Origin: Blastocladiella emersonii ATCC 22665
Lineage: Eukaryota; Fungi; Blastocladiomycota
Length of the DNA stretch: 64,000 nt
Assembly: GCA_025594325.1 (NCBI GenBank)
Contig: JANHCV010000015.1
Location: 682,001-746,000 of the forward strand
Reading direction: 5' to 3'
Shown piece after piece: positions 52,073-63,340 of the stretch; the stretch's first letter is position 1; each line of letters opens with the position of its first letter. Under the pieces are notes generated by a model. It saw only the letters and a program-made list of their open reading frames with translations, made no database searches and was not told where the DNA came from. Both the position numbers and the translations under genes were made by a program.

Positions 52073-54409
52073 TCACTCGAGCTTGGCCGCGCTCGCCGAG
52101 ATGATGGGCGTCGGCAACAACCCCCACCCGGCCTGCTGCTGCTGCTGCTGCGCTGATGACGGGCCGGATGGTGGCAGCGGGAGCGGGAGAGGCAATGGCG
52201 TATCGCTCGATGTTGGCGACTTGGCCGTGGTGGTGGTGTCGAGGCCCGACAGACCGAGCGCGACGAGCGGGTCCATGCCCATCGAGGCGGGTGCCGCGGC
52301 CGAGGAAGGCGACGGCGCGAGCCCGGCGGCAGCGGCCGCGACCGCGCGCTGCGCAGCGACGCTCGCCGCGACGCCCGAGGCGGACGAGGGCGTCGACGAC
52401 CGGCGGCCCGCATCCACGGCGGGCGTCAAAGACGCCGAGCGGCGGCGGCGGTACCGCTGCCCCGTGGCCTTGGCGACCGTCGCGCGGACGGACCGCGGGA
52501 CGACGGCGCGCGCGAACCCGCGGACCTTGGCGGACCCCGCACGGACGTCGTCGAGCGACGACCGGCGCTCGAGGAACCGGATGACGGGGTCCTGGGCGAG
52601 GAGCGCCGGGGACTGGGTGACGGCGGCGTACCAGCGCCAGACGAGGGTCGTCAGCGCGAACGACAGGAGGATGTCGACCGTGTAATGGAAGCGGGCGGCG
52701 AGGAGGGAGACCATGCCGGAGAGCGCGAGCGTCCACATGGCGCGGCGGACCCAGGCGCGCTGCGGGCCGTAGTCGGCCCACGCGAGCCCGATCATGGTCA
52801 GGACGACCGTGTGGCCCGAGAAGATGAGGTCCGAGCAGGTGTCGGGGGCGAAGGGCGACGTCATGCGGAAGATGTCCGTGGTCGGCGCGCGCTCGCGGCA
52901 CCGGTCCTGCGGGTCCGGGACCGTCGTCGAGATGATGGTCAGGGACCGGAACAGGAGCAGGATGCCGTGGGTGTAAAAGTAGCGGCGGAACAGGCCGAGC
53001 CGGTGCTTGTGGAACAGCAGCATGATGGTGGTCATGGCGGTGCCCGTGGTGATGAAGTAGTCGGGCAGGCCCTTGATCTTGATGTGCGGGATCACGTCGT
53101 GGCCCATGTCGGGCAGCGTGGACGTGATCGGGATCCCGTGCTGTTCCAGGAGGATGCGCCGCGAGTCGGCAATGTTGCAGAACACAATGTTGACGAACCC
53201 GCAGAACAGGTAGAAGACGAGGGCGATCACGAACCGCCGCTTGCCGTACGTCTCGAGCTCCACGTCGCCCAGCCACCGCAGCCACCCGAGCCGCTCCTTG
53301 CGGTCGCGCAGGTACGGGAACATCGGTCGGCGCGGCACCGAGTTGAACGCCGGCGCCATGACGGCGGACTTGGCCGGTGTCCGGCTGCCCGTGCGCCCGC
53401 GCGCCGTGGACCCAGCGCGCGACGCGGCCGACCCCGCGCCGTGCGCCGCGAGCGACCCGCCGGGCTTGTGCGGGATGCGCGCGGACGCCGACGACATGCG
53501 GCGGCCGTACCCCTCGTCGTCCACGAGGTCGAGCGTCGGGGAATCGAGCGCGAGCGCGGGCGGGGCGAGGACGTCGGGCCCGAAACTCGCGGCGACGGGG
53601 GTGAGCGGCGGGGCGAGCGGGTGGCGGTCGTAGCCGTGGCCGCGGCCCTGCCAGTTGGTCGGGTGCGGGCGCATCAGCTTGCGGTACGCGGGTTTGTGCA
53701 GGAGGGACTGCTCCGAGTGCCGGCGGCGGCGGTTGCCGCGGTGGTGGCGGCGCGGCGCGTCGAGCGCGGCGAGCTCTTCCTCGTCGCTCGCCAGCTCGTC
53801 CTCGTCGTCGTCGAGCGAGTCGTCGGACCGGTAGTACGTGTCGTACTCGTCTTCATCCTCGTCGTCGTCGTCGTCGTCGAGGAACGCGATGTCGCCGTCA
53901 TCCGGCACCACATCGGCCTCGACCGCGGACGCCGCGCCGGACGTGGCGTCGTCCATGAACGACGACAGGTCGACGACGGCCGAGTCCTCGTGGAAGCTCG
54001 CGCCGGGCGTGGTGGCGCGGCGCTCGAGCGAGAGCGGCGGGTTCCCCGCGGCGACACGGCGCGACGCGAGCGGGGCGAGGCCCGGCAGCGAGGCGGTAGC
54101 GCCGGAGGCGGGCGGCGACGGGTCGCGCGAGCCCGGCAGCGACGCAAACGGGTTGTGCGACAGCGCCGCCATGGAGAGCGACGGCGCGGGCGAGTGGCGC
54201 GACGACACGGGCGCAACCACGGAGGGGCCGGTAGAGGCGGCCGCAGCGAGGGCCTCGGCCCACGGGTCGGCGAGGACGGGCGCGCTCGCTGAGGTAGACG
54301 AGGCGGCGGCGGTGGTGGAGAAGGCCGACGGCGTCGATGCGCGGCGCAGGTCGGCGGCAGCAGCGGCGCCCGAGGACGAGGCAGGTGGCGGCGGGTCGTG
54401 CGAGTTCAT
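52073..54409 (-). CDS. Sphingomyelin/phosphorylceramide synthase family protein (PAP2_C), ~778 aa
   Basis: LPDMGHD, FRSLTIISTTVPDP, CSDLIFSGHT and HYTVD motifs; long disordered N-terminus. Confidence 0.88.
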   Translation of the reverse strand: MNSHDPPPPASSSGAAAAADLRRASTPSAFSTTAAASSTSASAPVLADPWAEALAAAASTGPSVVAPVSSRHSPAPSLSMAALSHNPFASLPGSRDPSPPASGATASLPGLAPLASRRVAAGNPPLSLERRATTPGASFHEDSAVVDLSSFMDDATSGAASAVEADVVPDDGDIAFLDDDDDDEDEDEYDTYYRSDDSLDDDEDELASDEEELAALDAPRRHHRGNRRRRHSEQSLLHKPAYRKLMRPHPTNWQGRGHGYDRHPLAPPLTPVAASFGPDVLAPPALALDSPTLDLVDDEGYGRRMSSASARIPHKPGGSLAAHGAGSAASRAGSTARGRTGSRTPAKSAVMAPAFNSVPRRPMFPYLRDRKERLGWLRWLGDVELETYGKRRFVIALVFYLFCGFVNIVFCNIADSRRILLEQHGIPITSTLPDMGHDVIPHIKIKGLPDYFITTGTAMTTIMLLFHKHRLGLFRRYFYTHGILLLFRSLTIISTTVPDPQDRCRERAPTTDIFRMTSPFAPDTCSDLIFSGHTVVLTMIGLAWADYGPQRAWVRRAMWTLALSGMVSLLAARFHYTVDILLSFALTTLVWRWYAAVTQSPALLAQDPVIRFLERRSSLDDVRAGSAKVRGFARAVVPRSVRATVAKATGQRYRRRRSASLTPAVDAGRRSSTPSSASGVAASVAAQRAVAAAAAGLAPSPSSAAAPASMGMDPLVALGLSGLDTTTTAKSPTSSDTPLPLPLPLPPSGPSSAQQQQQQAGWGLLPTPIISASAAKLE

Positions 54410-55245
54410 GGCGTGCCTGTGCGGGGGCAGCGACTGCGTAAGGTTGCTTGCTGCGGGGCAGATGCAGCGAGTGCAGCGAAGCGGCGGGAGGGGGCGCAGC
54501 AGCTGCGGCGGCGGCGGCAGGGAGAGAGAGGAAGGAAGGCGGGGCGAGCGTGGGAGGGAGTGCCGTGTTGATGGAGGCCGCTCGCAGCGATGCACGAAGC
54601 CTGACCGAGCAGTCGGAAGAGAGGGCGGCCCGCGGAGACGACTCCGGCGGAGACGATGGGCGCTGTGGCATGGCGTCTCCTCAACGCAGCACAGGGTGAT
54701 TTTCGGGATGCTCATCGAGCGGCCTCCCTCGCGCACCGCCGATCCCCTCCCCGGCAACCCTGCCCCGCTGCCCTGAACGGGATCCCGTCGCCACCTTCAC
54801 CACCACGGCGTCTGCGGCGGTCACGGCGACGGCGAATATTATCCGACGACGGCTCGAGTCCCTGGCGCTCGCCGCCGCTCATCCGGCTTGGCGCGGCCCA
54901 CGGCCGATGGCACATGCACAGAGCCACGCGCCGCGGCGCACCTCGTCACCGTCGCCGCTGCGCCACCCGCCCTCGCGCACGTCCGCCGGCTTCGATGGAT
55001 TGCACCGAGTTGCCGCCGATCGTGGCGACTCTCTTTATTAATATGTATCGCAAAGGTTAGGAGGGTTCGCGACATGTTTCGCGTCATCTCCTCCTCGGCG
55101 ACCGAATTTGACCCGCGGGGACGTGATGCCATTTCTCCGCCACCTCCCGTTGTCTCGCGGATGTCTCGCACACTTCACGTGCCCCCTCGTCGCCCCTCGA
55201 CGCGTGCAATTCGATCGGCGAGTCAAACGGGTTGTATTTCACTCA

Positions 55246-57495
55246 TCACTTACTCTCGCGCTCACGCGTCGCGGCCGCCGCAATCGCGACCCCCGCCTGC
55301 GCGTCGACCGCGGCCAAACTGCCCAACCGCGCATGCAGCAGGCGCGACCGGAGCGCGAGCGAGTCGCACCAGACCTTGACGACGTTCTGGCGCGCGAGGA
55401 GCCCGGCGCGGAGGTTCTTGACAAAGGCCACGAAATCACACGCGGCCACGACGCGGTCGCGGCAGTACGCGCACACGCGCAGCGGGCCGCCGGGGTGCCC
55501 GTCGACCGTCAGCAGGAACGGGATGTCCGCGTGCACCGCGCACAGCGTGCATTTCGTCGGGACCGCGGATTCGGCGGACGCCGCGGTGCTCGCGGGGGTC
55601 GCGGACGACGACTTGTTGGACATGAACGACGAGAAGAACCCGCCCGACTTCTGCACCGGTGCTGCGGGCGCGGGCTGCTCGGTCGCGACGACGCCCGAGT
55701 CCGTCGACGCCGTGCGGCTCCGCTCGCCGCCCGCGGGCGCGACGCCGATCTCGACCTGCGACGCCAGCATCGCGTCGACGAGCTTGCGCGCGGTCGGCGC
55801 GCCCTTGGCCCCGAACTGCAGGCACGGCTCGAGGTCCGCGGCCAGCGCGCGCCCGAGGAACGGCAGCGAGGCCACCTTGGGCAGCGGCGTCGCGGGCGCC
55901 GACGACATAAAGTCCAGGAAGTCGTCCAGCGCGGCCGAGTCGATGGCGGAAAAGTCGATGGCGGGGGTCCCGCCGCCGTTGCCGCCCGTCGAGGACGCGA
56001 CGGACCGGCGCTTGTTGGTCGAGGATGCCGTCGACATGACGCTCGCGCGGTTCCCGGATGGCCGGTGCCGCGTGGCGGTCGCCTCGGCGAGCTGGTCCTC
56101 GAGCTCGTCGATCGCGTCCTCGAGCTGCTCGATGCGCGCCATGTCCTCGGCGCGGTCGGCGTTCATGTCCTGCAGCATGGCCTTGAGCTCGCGGGCCTGG
56201 TCGCGCTCGTCGTTGAGCATGGCGTTGACCTCGCCCAGCCGCTTCTGCAGCAGCGACGCGTCCGTCTCGCTCGCGTGGCGCGCCTGCGACTCGGTCGCGA
56301 CCAGCACGTTGGCCTCCTCGAACAGCTTCGCCGTGAGGTCCTCGACCTCGGCCTCGAGCTTGGCCTTGTCGCGCGCCATATCGCTCGCGACCTCGCGCGC
56401 GTCGCGCACGTCGTCCTGCAGCGCCGCGACGTCGCCGTGCAGCCCGGCGACCTCGTCCTCGAGCTCGGCCACGCGCTGCTCGGCAGCGAGACACCGGTCG
56501 AAAACCTCGTCGTGCTTGTCCTCGAGCTCGTCGTAGTGCCGCTGCAGCCGCTTCGCCTCGGCCTCGGCCCGCGCCACGGCCGCGTCGCGCGCGGCGAGTT
56601 GCGAGCGCAGCTCGGCCACGGCGTCCTCGAGGTCCAGCGCGCGCACGTGCATCGCGTACAGCCGCGCCACGGGTTTCTGGCACGAAGTGCACAGCGGCGA
56701 CGCGTGCATGCCCGGCGCGAGGAACGTGTCGTGCGCGCACACGTGCTCGGGCTCGTCCTCGTCATCGTCGGCGGCGGAACGGGGCAGCGACGCGGCGGGT
56801 AATGGCGGCGGCGGCGAGTAGGGCGACGCCGAGCTCGTCGACGCGTGCCGCGCGTGCTGCTTTGGCGGCCGCGGCGGGCGCGCAGTACTGCGCTCCTTGT
56901 CGAACTGTTGCATGTCGCCACCGGCGGCGCTGGCGCCCGGCGTGGGCGGCGCCACGTCCGGCAACCACGGCGCACCGCCGCCGCCACTGCTGCTGCCGGC
57001 GGATATGGACCGGTGATGCCCGCCGAACCCGGCCGACCCCGTCGGCGACCGCGGCGGCGGGAACTTGAGCGCCGGGTACCCTGGCCGCCCGGTACCGCTG
57101 CCGCCGAGCGGCGCGGGCGACGGCGGCGACGGGTACGGGGCGCCGTTCGCACCAGAAAACTGCGCGGGGATGGGCGGCGGCGGGGACATGATGCCCATCT
57201 TGCCGGCGAACCCGGTTGGACTGCGCGGCCCCACACCGGCGGCGGCCGCCGAGGTGCGCGGGCTCGGGATGCGCAGGGACAGCGGGCGGCCGTCGGGGCC
57301 CTGCGGCGTCTCGTTGGCGGAGGACGAGACGGGGCCGTACGGCGAGCGCGGCGACGGCGGGAGCGCGGGGACGGTGCCGCCAGAGTAGCCGGACGAGCGG
57401 GGGAGGGAGAGCGGCAAGGCAGGGCGTGGGGAGGAGGACGCCATGACTTGGGAGGAGGAGGATGGGGAGGAGGGCATGCTAGCTAGCGGATACAC
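55246..57495 (-). CDS. SEC2: Sec2-like Rab guanine nucleotide exchange factor
   Basis: Coiled coil with LEAEVEDLTAKLFEEANVLVA, and a C-terminal CTLC...CAYCRDRVVAACDF...LRSRL segment. Confidence 0.82.
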   Translation of the reverse strand: MYPLASMPSSPSSSSQVMASSSPRPALPLSLPRSSGYSGGTVPALPPSPRSPYGPVSSSANETPQGPDGRPLSLRIPSPRTSAAAAGVGPRSPTGFAGKMGIMSPPPPIPAQFSGANGAPYPSPPSPAPLGGSGTGRPGYPALKFPPPRSPTGSAGFGGHHRSISAGSSSGGGGAPWLPDVAPPTPGASAAGGDMQQFDKERSTARPPRPPKQHARHASTSSASPYSPPPPLPAASLPRSAADDDEDEPEHVCAHDTFLAPGMHASPLCTSCQKPVARLYAMHVRALDLEDAVAELRSQLAARDAAVARAEAEAKRLQRHYDELEDKHDEVFDRCLAAEQRVAELEDEVAGLHGDVAALQDDVRDAREVASDMARDKAKLEAEVEDLTAKLFEEANVLVATESQARHASETDASLLQKRLGEVNAMLNDERDQARELKAMLQDMNADRAEDMARIEQLEDAIDELEDQLAEATATRHRPSGNRASVMSTASSTNKRRSVASSTGGNGGGTPAIDFSAIDSAALDDFLDFMSSAPATPLPKVASLPFLGRALAADLEPCLQFGAKGAPTARKLVDAMLASQVEIGVAPAGGERSRTASTDSGVVATEQPAPAAPVQKSGGFFSSFMSNKSSSATPASTAASAESAVPTKCTLCAVHADIPFLLTVDGHPGGPLRVCAYCRDRVVAACDFVAFVKNLRAGLLARQNVVKVWCDSLALRSRLLHARLGSLAAVDAQAGVAIAAAATRERESK

Positions 57496-58690
57496 GGATG
57501 GTGGTCGCGCGTGCGGGGTAGGCTAAGGATACAGAGCGCGCGCAGAGGGGAGAGAGGGTGGTGCGGACGCGGGGAGGTTCTTGAAGCAATCGAAGGGAAG
57601 ATGATGTGGGTGGAACCGGGGAAGATGACCTGACCGCGATGAACGGCGACGGCGACGCGGGTCGAGGTCAAGGGATGGAGCGATGCGATGCAATGGACGG
57701 ACGCGCGTTGGTGCGTGCGCAAGGGGGTGAGAGGGTGGGAATGGGAGCGAGGCCGCCGTCTAGAGTCTATCAGTCGAGTCGAGCGTCGAGGCGCGGTCGC
57801 GCGAGGGGATGGAGCTGAGCGCCGTGGTTGTCGTGGTGGTGGTGCCGAGGTCGCGCCAGGCGGAGGCGAGTGCGGCAAGTGCGAGGGCTCGCGCTGGAGC
57901 GTAGATGGTGGTTGCAGTGCAAGTGCAGCGAGTAGCGTTGGAGGTCGGAGGAGAGGAGGGCGGGAGGGGGGGGGGGGACGAGAGGCAAGGGAGCCAAGCC
58001 CGGTCGGTCGTCGACCCGCGCCACCTCGCCACCACGGCCGCCTTCTCCCCGCCACTGATTCGCTGCTGCATGCTCAATCGACCCATGAAAAAACGTCTCT
58101 CGCTCCCCAACGTCGTCGTCGTGCAGGCCGTGGACCCAGGGACTCGAGCGCGTCTCGAAGGCCAAGGTGGACCCACCCGCCTTCCGAACAACCACCGAGC
58201 TGGTCCCGGCTCCACGGCGTGCGTCGCTGATGAGATCACTCGGCATAGCGACTGGTCGCCGCTGACGCGATCCCACGGCGTATTTTCAGTCAGGCGGGCG
58301 CGGCCTGTCACACGCGGCCAAAAATGTCTCCACGGAGCGCGGAGCACCGCCGTGGTCAACACGGCGCGCGCGTACGGCCGGATCGGGGAGGGAGGGGAGG
58401 CCCGCGTGCCGCGTGAGGGTGAGAGGAGGTGGGAGAGGATCGCCGCCGCGTCAAACGTTCGTTCATTCATCACGTCGCTTGTAAGCGGTGGTGCAGGACG
58501 CCGACGCCGCCATGGCCGCCGCGAACCGGTGACGTCGGGCAACAGCCGGCCGGCCGCAAGCGTGCAGCGGCGGTCCCTGAACGCCACCCGGCCGGCGTGC
58601 CTCCCGATCTGCATGCACGTCACGGCCGGCCTTGGAGGAGAGGGAGAGTGAGCGCCGCGAGCGACTCGATGCAACGTCTTAGTTTTCTTC

Positions 58691-59494
58691 ATGTCGGCGA
58701 CCACCAATGATCCGCCGCTCGCCACGGCGACGGCGTGGATCGCGCTCCCCTCGCGGCCACGGCGCACCGACCTGCCCCCGCGGCCACCGCCGCCCACGAT
58801 CCCGCCGATCCTGCAGGACCTCGAGCCCGACCCGCCGACGTTCCCACCCGTCCTCGTCGCCGTGATCGTGCTCGGCTCCGTCTTCGTCGTGGCGATGCTG
58901 CTGGTCCTGATCCGCGCCGTCAAGCAGATGCGCGCGCTGCAGCGCACCGCGCAGGTGTACCGCGCGACGCCCGTCTCGGCCATCCTCGCCGCCGCCCTGT
59001 CGCCCGTCGACCGCGAGCGCACGCTGAGGCCCGCGGACCGGCGTATGCTCGACCTGTTCCCGAGCCGCGCGCGGCGGCGGTCCAGCGTCACGGTGCTCGT
59101 CGAGCGCGTGCACCGGAACAGCGTGCGTCGCGCCGCCGAGGGGACTGCGTCGCCTGGCAACGGCGGGTCTCTCCGTCGCGCACCGCCGCGACCGCCAAGG
59201 CAGTACGCGTGGAGCATAGGGCACGGCCCGGCGGCGGCGTGGATGGACGCCGAGATCGAGCCGCCCTCGCTCCCGCCCTATGCACCGCTCGACTACTCGC
59301 CGCCGCCCTCGCCACGGCTGTCCTACGCTGCGCCGGCAGCCGAGCCGCCACGACTGCCACCACCAGCACTCGTCCCCCTCGCCCCACCACCGCCCGTCGC
59401 GCACTCGGATACGCAGCGCGCGCGCGCCGCGTCGGTTCTCGTCGCGATGCCGGACGACGAAGCGGATGCCCGAGCGCCGCCTTCGCCCTGCTAG
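58691..59494 (+). CDS. Hypothetical single-pass membrane protein, Pro-rich, 267 aa
   Basis: One hydrophobic segment (VLVAVIVLGSVFVVAMLLVLI), a C-terminal LPPY motif and GC3 bias. Confidence 0.55.
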   Translation: MSATTNDPPLATATAWIALPSRPRRTDLPPRPPPPTIPPILQDLEPDPPTFPPVLVAVIVLGSVFVVAMLLVLIRAVKQMRALQRTAQVYRATPVSAILAAALSPVDRERTLRPADRRMLDLFPSRARRRSSVTVLVERVHRNSVRRAAEGTASPGNGGSLRRAPPRPPRQYAWSIGHGPAAAWMDAEIEPPSLPPYAPLDYSPPPSPRLSYAAPAAEPPRLPPPALVPLAPPPPVAHSDTQRARAASVLVAMPDDEADARAPPSPC

Positions 59495-59739
59495 ATAGAC
59501 TGTACCATACATCGATAGAATATACACACGTTATCCACCCACCATGGCGCCATCGCCCTCTTCCACACGACCGCAAGCGCTCGCGCGGCGGCGACGCGAT
59601 GAGTGGGCGGCGCCGCACGCGCACGTGACGCGAATCTCGCCGATGAAGAAGGGGGGCGCTTCGCCACTTCGCCGCGCCGCCCTGTGTTCTCTCTCCTCCC
59701 TAGAGAACGGCGGCTCGCTGCCGCTTAGAGACACACGCC

Positions 59740-62700
59740 ATGGAACAACCACCTTCAACGTCGGCCGCGGTGCCCGAACCCATCACCACCACAGCGGCGG
59801 CGGCGGCGCCCATCGCGACCGCGGCCTCGCCGCCCATGTCGCCGACCGACATCCCGCTCGCGCGCACCACCGCGCCCGCCTCGCGGCCCATCGCCACGCA
59901 GGCCCGCACCACGAGCCGCACCAGCGCGCACCTGCCCATGCACCCGGCCATGCGCGCGAGCCAGGTTCTGGGAGAAGCGCCTGACGGGTCGCCGCTCTCA
60001 CCGACCGGCACGGCAGCCGACGACGCCAGCGTGCGCCCGTTCAACCTGCCCGCGCCGCCGCGCGATCCCGCCGACGAGGACGTGCAACCGGACGCGGTAC
60101 CGCCGCCCCCACAGCCGACGACGACGACGACATCCAGCCGCCGCGCCGCGGGAGGCCGCCGGCGCCCGCGGTACCCGGCCGACTACTACGGGACCGACTC
60201 CGAGGACGACCTGGTGCAGGGCGAGGTGCCCGACCGCGCGTGGCTGGCCGCGCAGCTGAACCCGGTCGTCCCCGACGCGGCGGCGAAACTGATGGCGGCG
60301 GCCAACGGGCAGCAGGGTGTGACGGTCGACCGCGTCGTCGACACGGCGGCGCTCATCGACCACGCGGTCGTCCTGCACCAGCTGCTGCACCGCACGCGGC
60401 ACGGCGACCCGGCGACCGACGCGCTGTACCTGGTGCGCGCCGAGAACCGCTACGTCAAGTGGTTGTTCATGCTCGAGCGGCTGCGTGCGGCCGGCGACGA
60501 GGCCATGGTCCCCGCCGGCCGCGTAGTTCCGCCGCTCGACGTCGCCGTCATGTGGCTCGCGCACCTGACGGCCGTCCGCCACTACGTCGAGGACGTGGCC
60601 CGGCTGTTCGACGACGCCCTCCTGTACCTCGTCCCGCCCATGGCCCGCCTCCGCGCGCTCATCGAGCAGCCAGAGTACATGGACCGCGCGTCCGCGCAGC
60701 TGTGGGAGTCGTTCACGGGCGAGCCGTTTACGCTCGCCTTTGACGACAACTCGCCCTTCTACCTCTCGTGCCCGACGTGTACCGCCAGCGTCATGGTCCC
60801 CTGCGCCGACTACCTGCGCCTGAAACTCGAGCCCGGGTTCCACGGCATCGTGTGCGCGCCGGGGACCGCCGAGGGCGGCGCCGGGTGTGGGACCGTGCTC
60901 ACGGCGAGCTTCCTGTCGGCTGTCCGATACGTCAACGACTTCAAGGGCTCGCAGCGCGAGTCCAACACCTACGTCGCGGGAACCCTCCTCAACCCCGTCT
61001 CGGGGAAACCCAACCACTACCTGTCCAAGCAGATCGTCCTGTACCTCGCCCAGGCGCCGTCCGTCGTCGACCTCTACGGCGCTATCGCCGTCCCGATCCC
61101 AACGCCGCCCGAGCTCCTGCACCCGATTGGCGTCGCTGCGCCGTCGCCCGTCCCCGAAGCCGACGAGGACGGCGACGAGGTCGTGACGCTGCCGGGTAAC
61201 GCGACGCCGCCGACCGGGCCCGGCAGCAGCGCCGCGACGCTTGGCGGCGGCAGTGGGGCGGATAGCGCCGCGTCGTCCGAGGTCGGGCCGACCCCGCACG
61301 CGTCGGCGTCGGCTGGGATCCACCACCACCGCCCGCAGCGCACCAACACGGCAGCCAGCACCTCCTCCGGGTTCGGGTTCTGGAACCCCGCCGGCGGCAG
61401 CAGCAGCCACAAGGCGCAGCGGTCGCAGAGACTCGATCCGTGGCGCGACATCTCGAGTACGCCCTTCGTTATCCCTCACCCCACCAACCCTCACTGACCC
61501 CGTCCTACCAACAGACGTCCTGTTCCGCCTCGAAGTCGACCTGTACGCGCTCGAGCTCGAGGACCACCGCCTCATCTCGTGGCACATCCGCGCCGCCATC
61601 GACCGCATGGAGCGGTGCTACCGCGACCTCGTCACCCCGCTCTCGCTCGACCTCGTCGCCCGCGTCCGCGGACATTGGCGGACGACCGCGACGCTCGTTC
61701 TCGCGTGGCTCACGTACGCCGGGCAGCCCGACCCGAGCGCGGTTCCTGCCGCTGCGGCGGCGGGCGCGGCGAACGCGTCCAGTGATAACCCCGACGACTC
61801 AGACGACGAGTCGGGTGCCCAGCCCGCTGGCCCGGCACCGCGGCCCGACGCCACCAACGGCTCCGCGACCGCGTCACCGCTCGCTGACGTCGACGGCTCC
61901 TCGCGCCACGCCGCGGATGCCGTCATGGCGATGCTCCCCGCGGGCATGGTCGGCGTGCGCGTACGCGGATCGGGCAAGTCGCGCACGCGGCGCGGCGGCG
62001 GCGACCGGTCGGCGATCTCGGTGTGGATCGGCGGCACCGCGACTGCAAATCCCGGCCCGAACGCCGTCTCCACGCTCGGCCGCCGTCCCGCGACCGCCGA
62101 CGACGTGCGCGCCGCGGCCCACGCGGTGCCGAGCGGCGTGGTTGCCGTCGACGCGCCCGTCCCGCCGCCGCTCGGTGGGACGAATGCCGCGGCGTACAAG
62201 CTCACGCGCAGCAAGAGTGTGCCGGGCTCGGCGCAGGGGATGGTGGCGGGCGCCGGCGGTGGGAGTCTCCCGCGGTCCGCGTCCGGGTCGATTCGGCGGT
62301 CGTTTGGGTGGCGCGCCAACTCGACATCGGCCGCATCGTCCTCGGCTTCGGCAGCGGGGGATGCGGCCGATCCGTCCCGCCGCCGCGCGCGCAGTACGCC
62401 GCCGGGATCGGGCGACGCGATGCCTGACGCGACCGCGCCGCCGCCGGTCCCACCACTCCCTGCCAGCAACAGCGCCGACAGCAGCGACGCGGCGAGCTAC
62501 ATCCAGCCGCCGCCGGGCTCGCCGTGGGACGACATTGACGGCGTGACCGTGGTCCCGGCGTCCGCGCTCCTCGCGGCCCTCGACCCGGCGGTCCTGACCG
62601 CGTCGACGGTCCGGTACCACAAGTTCCTCCTGCTGCAGCGCTCGCACGCGGGCCTGTACGCGCAGCGCATGGCGCTGCCCATCGACCTCGTCCTGTGCAA

Positions 62701-62950
62701 CTGGACGCACCTCCTGTACCCGCCGCGGTACGTGCGGTTCGCGGGCACGCATTTTGGGCGATTGATCACGTACGAGTTTGCCACCCCGCAGGCGCTCGAC
62801 GCCGCGCTACGGAATACCGCGCGCAAGTGGCGCCGCAGGTACCGCGAGCGGCTCGATCCCGGGTTCCGGCCCAAGTTGTCGTGGAGCGATAAGATCGTCG
62901 CGGTCCTGGATCGCGTGGTCGGGCGGTTGGTGAGTTCGGGGCCCATGTAG
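59740..62950 (+). CDS. DUF1399-like (glycine-rich domain-containing protein family); join(59740..61456,61515..62950)
   Basis: Two domain copies: AENRYVKWL...VPPLDVAVMWLAH and VRYHKFL...PIDLVLCNWTHLLYP..Y. The intron (GTACGC...CTGAC...CAG) joins the exons in frame. Confidence 0.8.
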
Positions 62951-63340
62951 CGCTGGGATGGAAGATGAATAATAAATACTTGGCATCGATGCGATTCTTG
63001 AGGTCCTCGCTGGCTTTCGAGTGACGCGGTGCAGGGTCGGCCGTGCTGCGCCACAACAAAGCCGAAATGAGCGACGCGTCAGCGCGGCCGCGTGGGCGGA
63101 GACAGGTCGTCGTGACGCCGGCTTGGCCGTGATGGCAGGCGAGAGCGACTTGTACTTGTCCTTGAGTGACACGGTGCGGGGTCACTTGTGCTGCGCCACC
63201 CTGCAACCGAAAGGAGCTCCGCGTCAGCCGGCGTGTCAGCGCGAAAGCACCGCGAGGTCACTCACGATCGGCTCACGCAATGCGACAGGAGTATCAATAT
63301 TCAACAAACCTTTGTACTCAACAAGCAGAAACTAGACAGG

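Noticed and set aside
45000-63000. Many long Arg/Ala/Pro-rich overlapping ORFs (e.g. 52685..54292, 55108..56802, 59998..61608)
   Set aside because: Expected from stop-codon scarcity in very GC-rich DNA; each overlaps a recognisable gene in another frame or strand.
36715-63079. Shared CGAAATGAGCGACGCGTC near 36716 and 63062, both downstream of DUF4470 copies
   Set aside because: An isolated short match in opposite orientation relative to the genes, without extended alignment.
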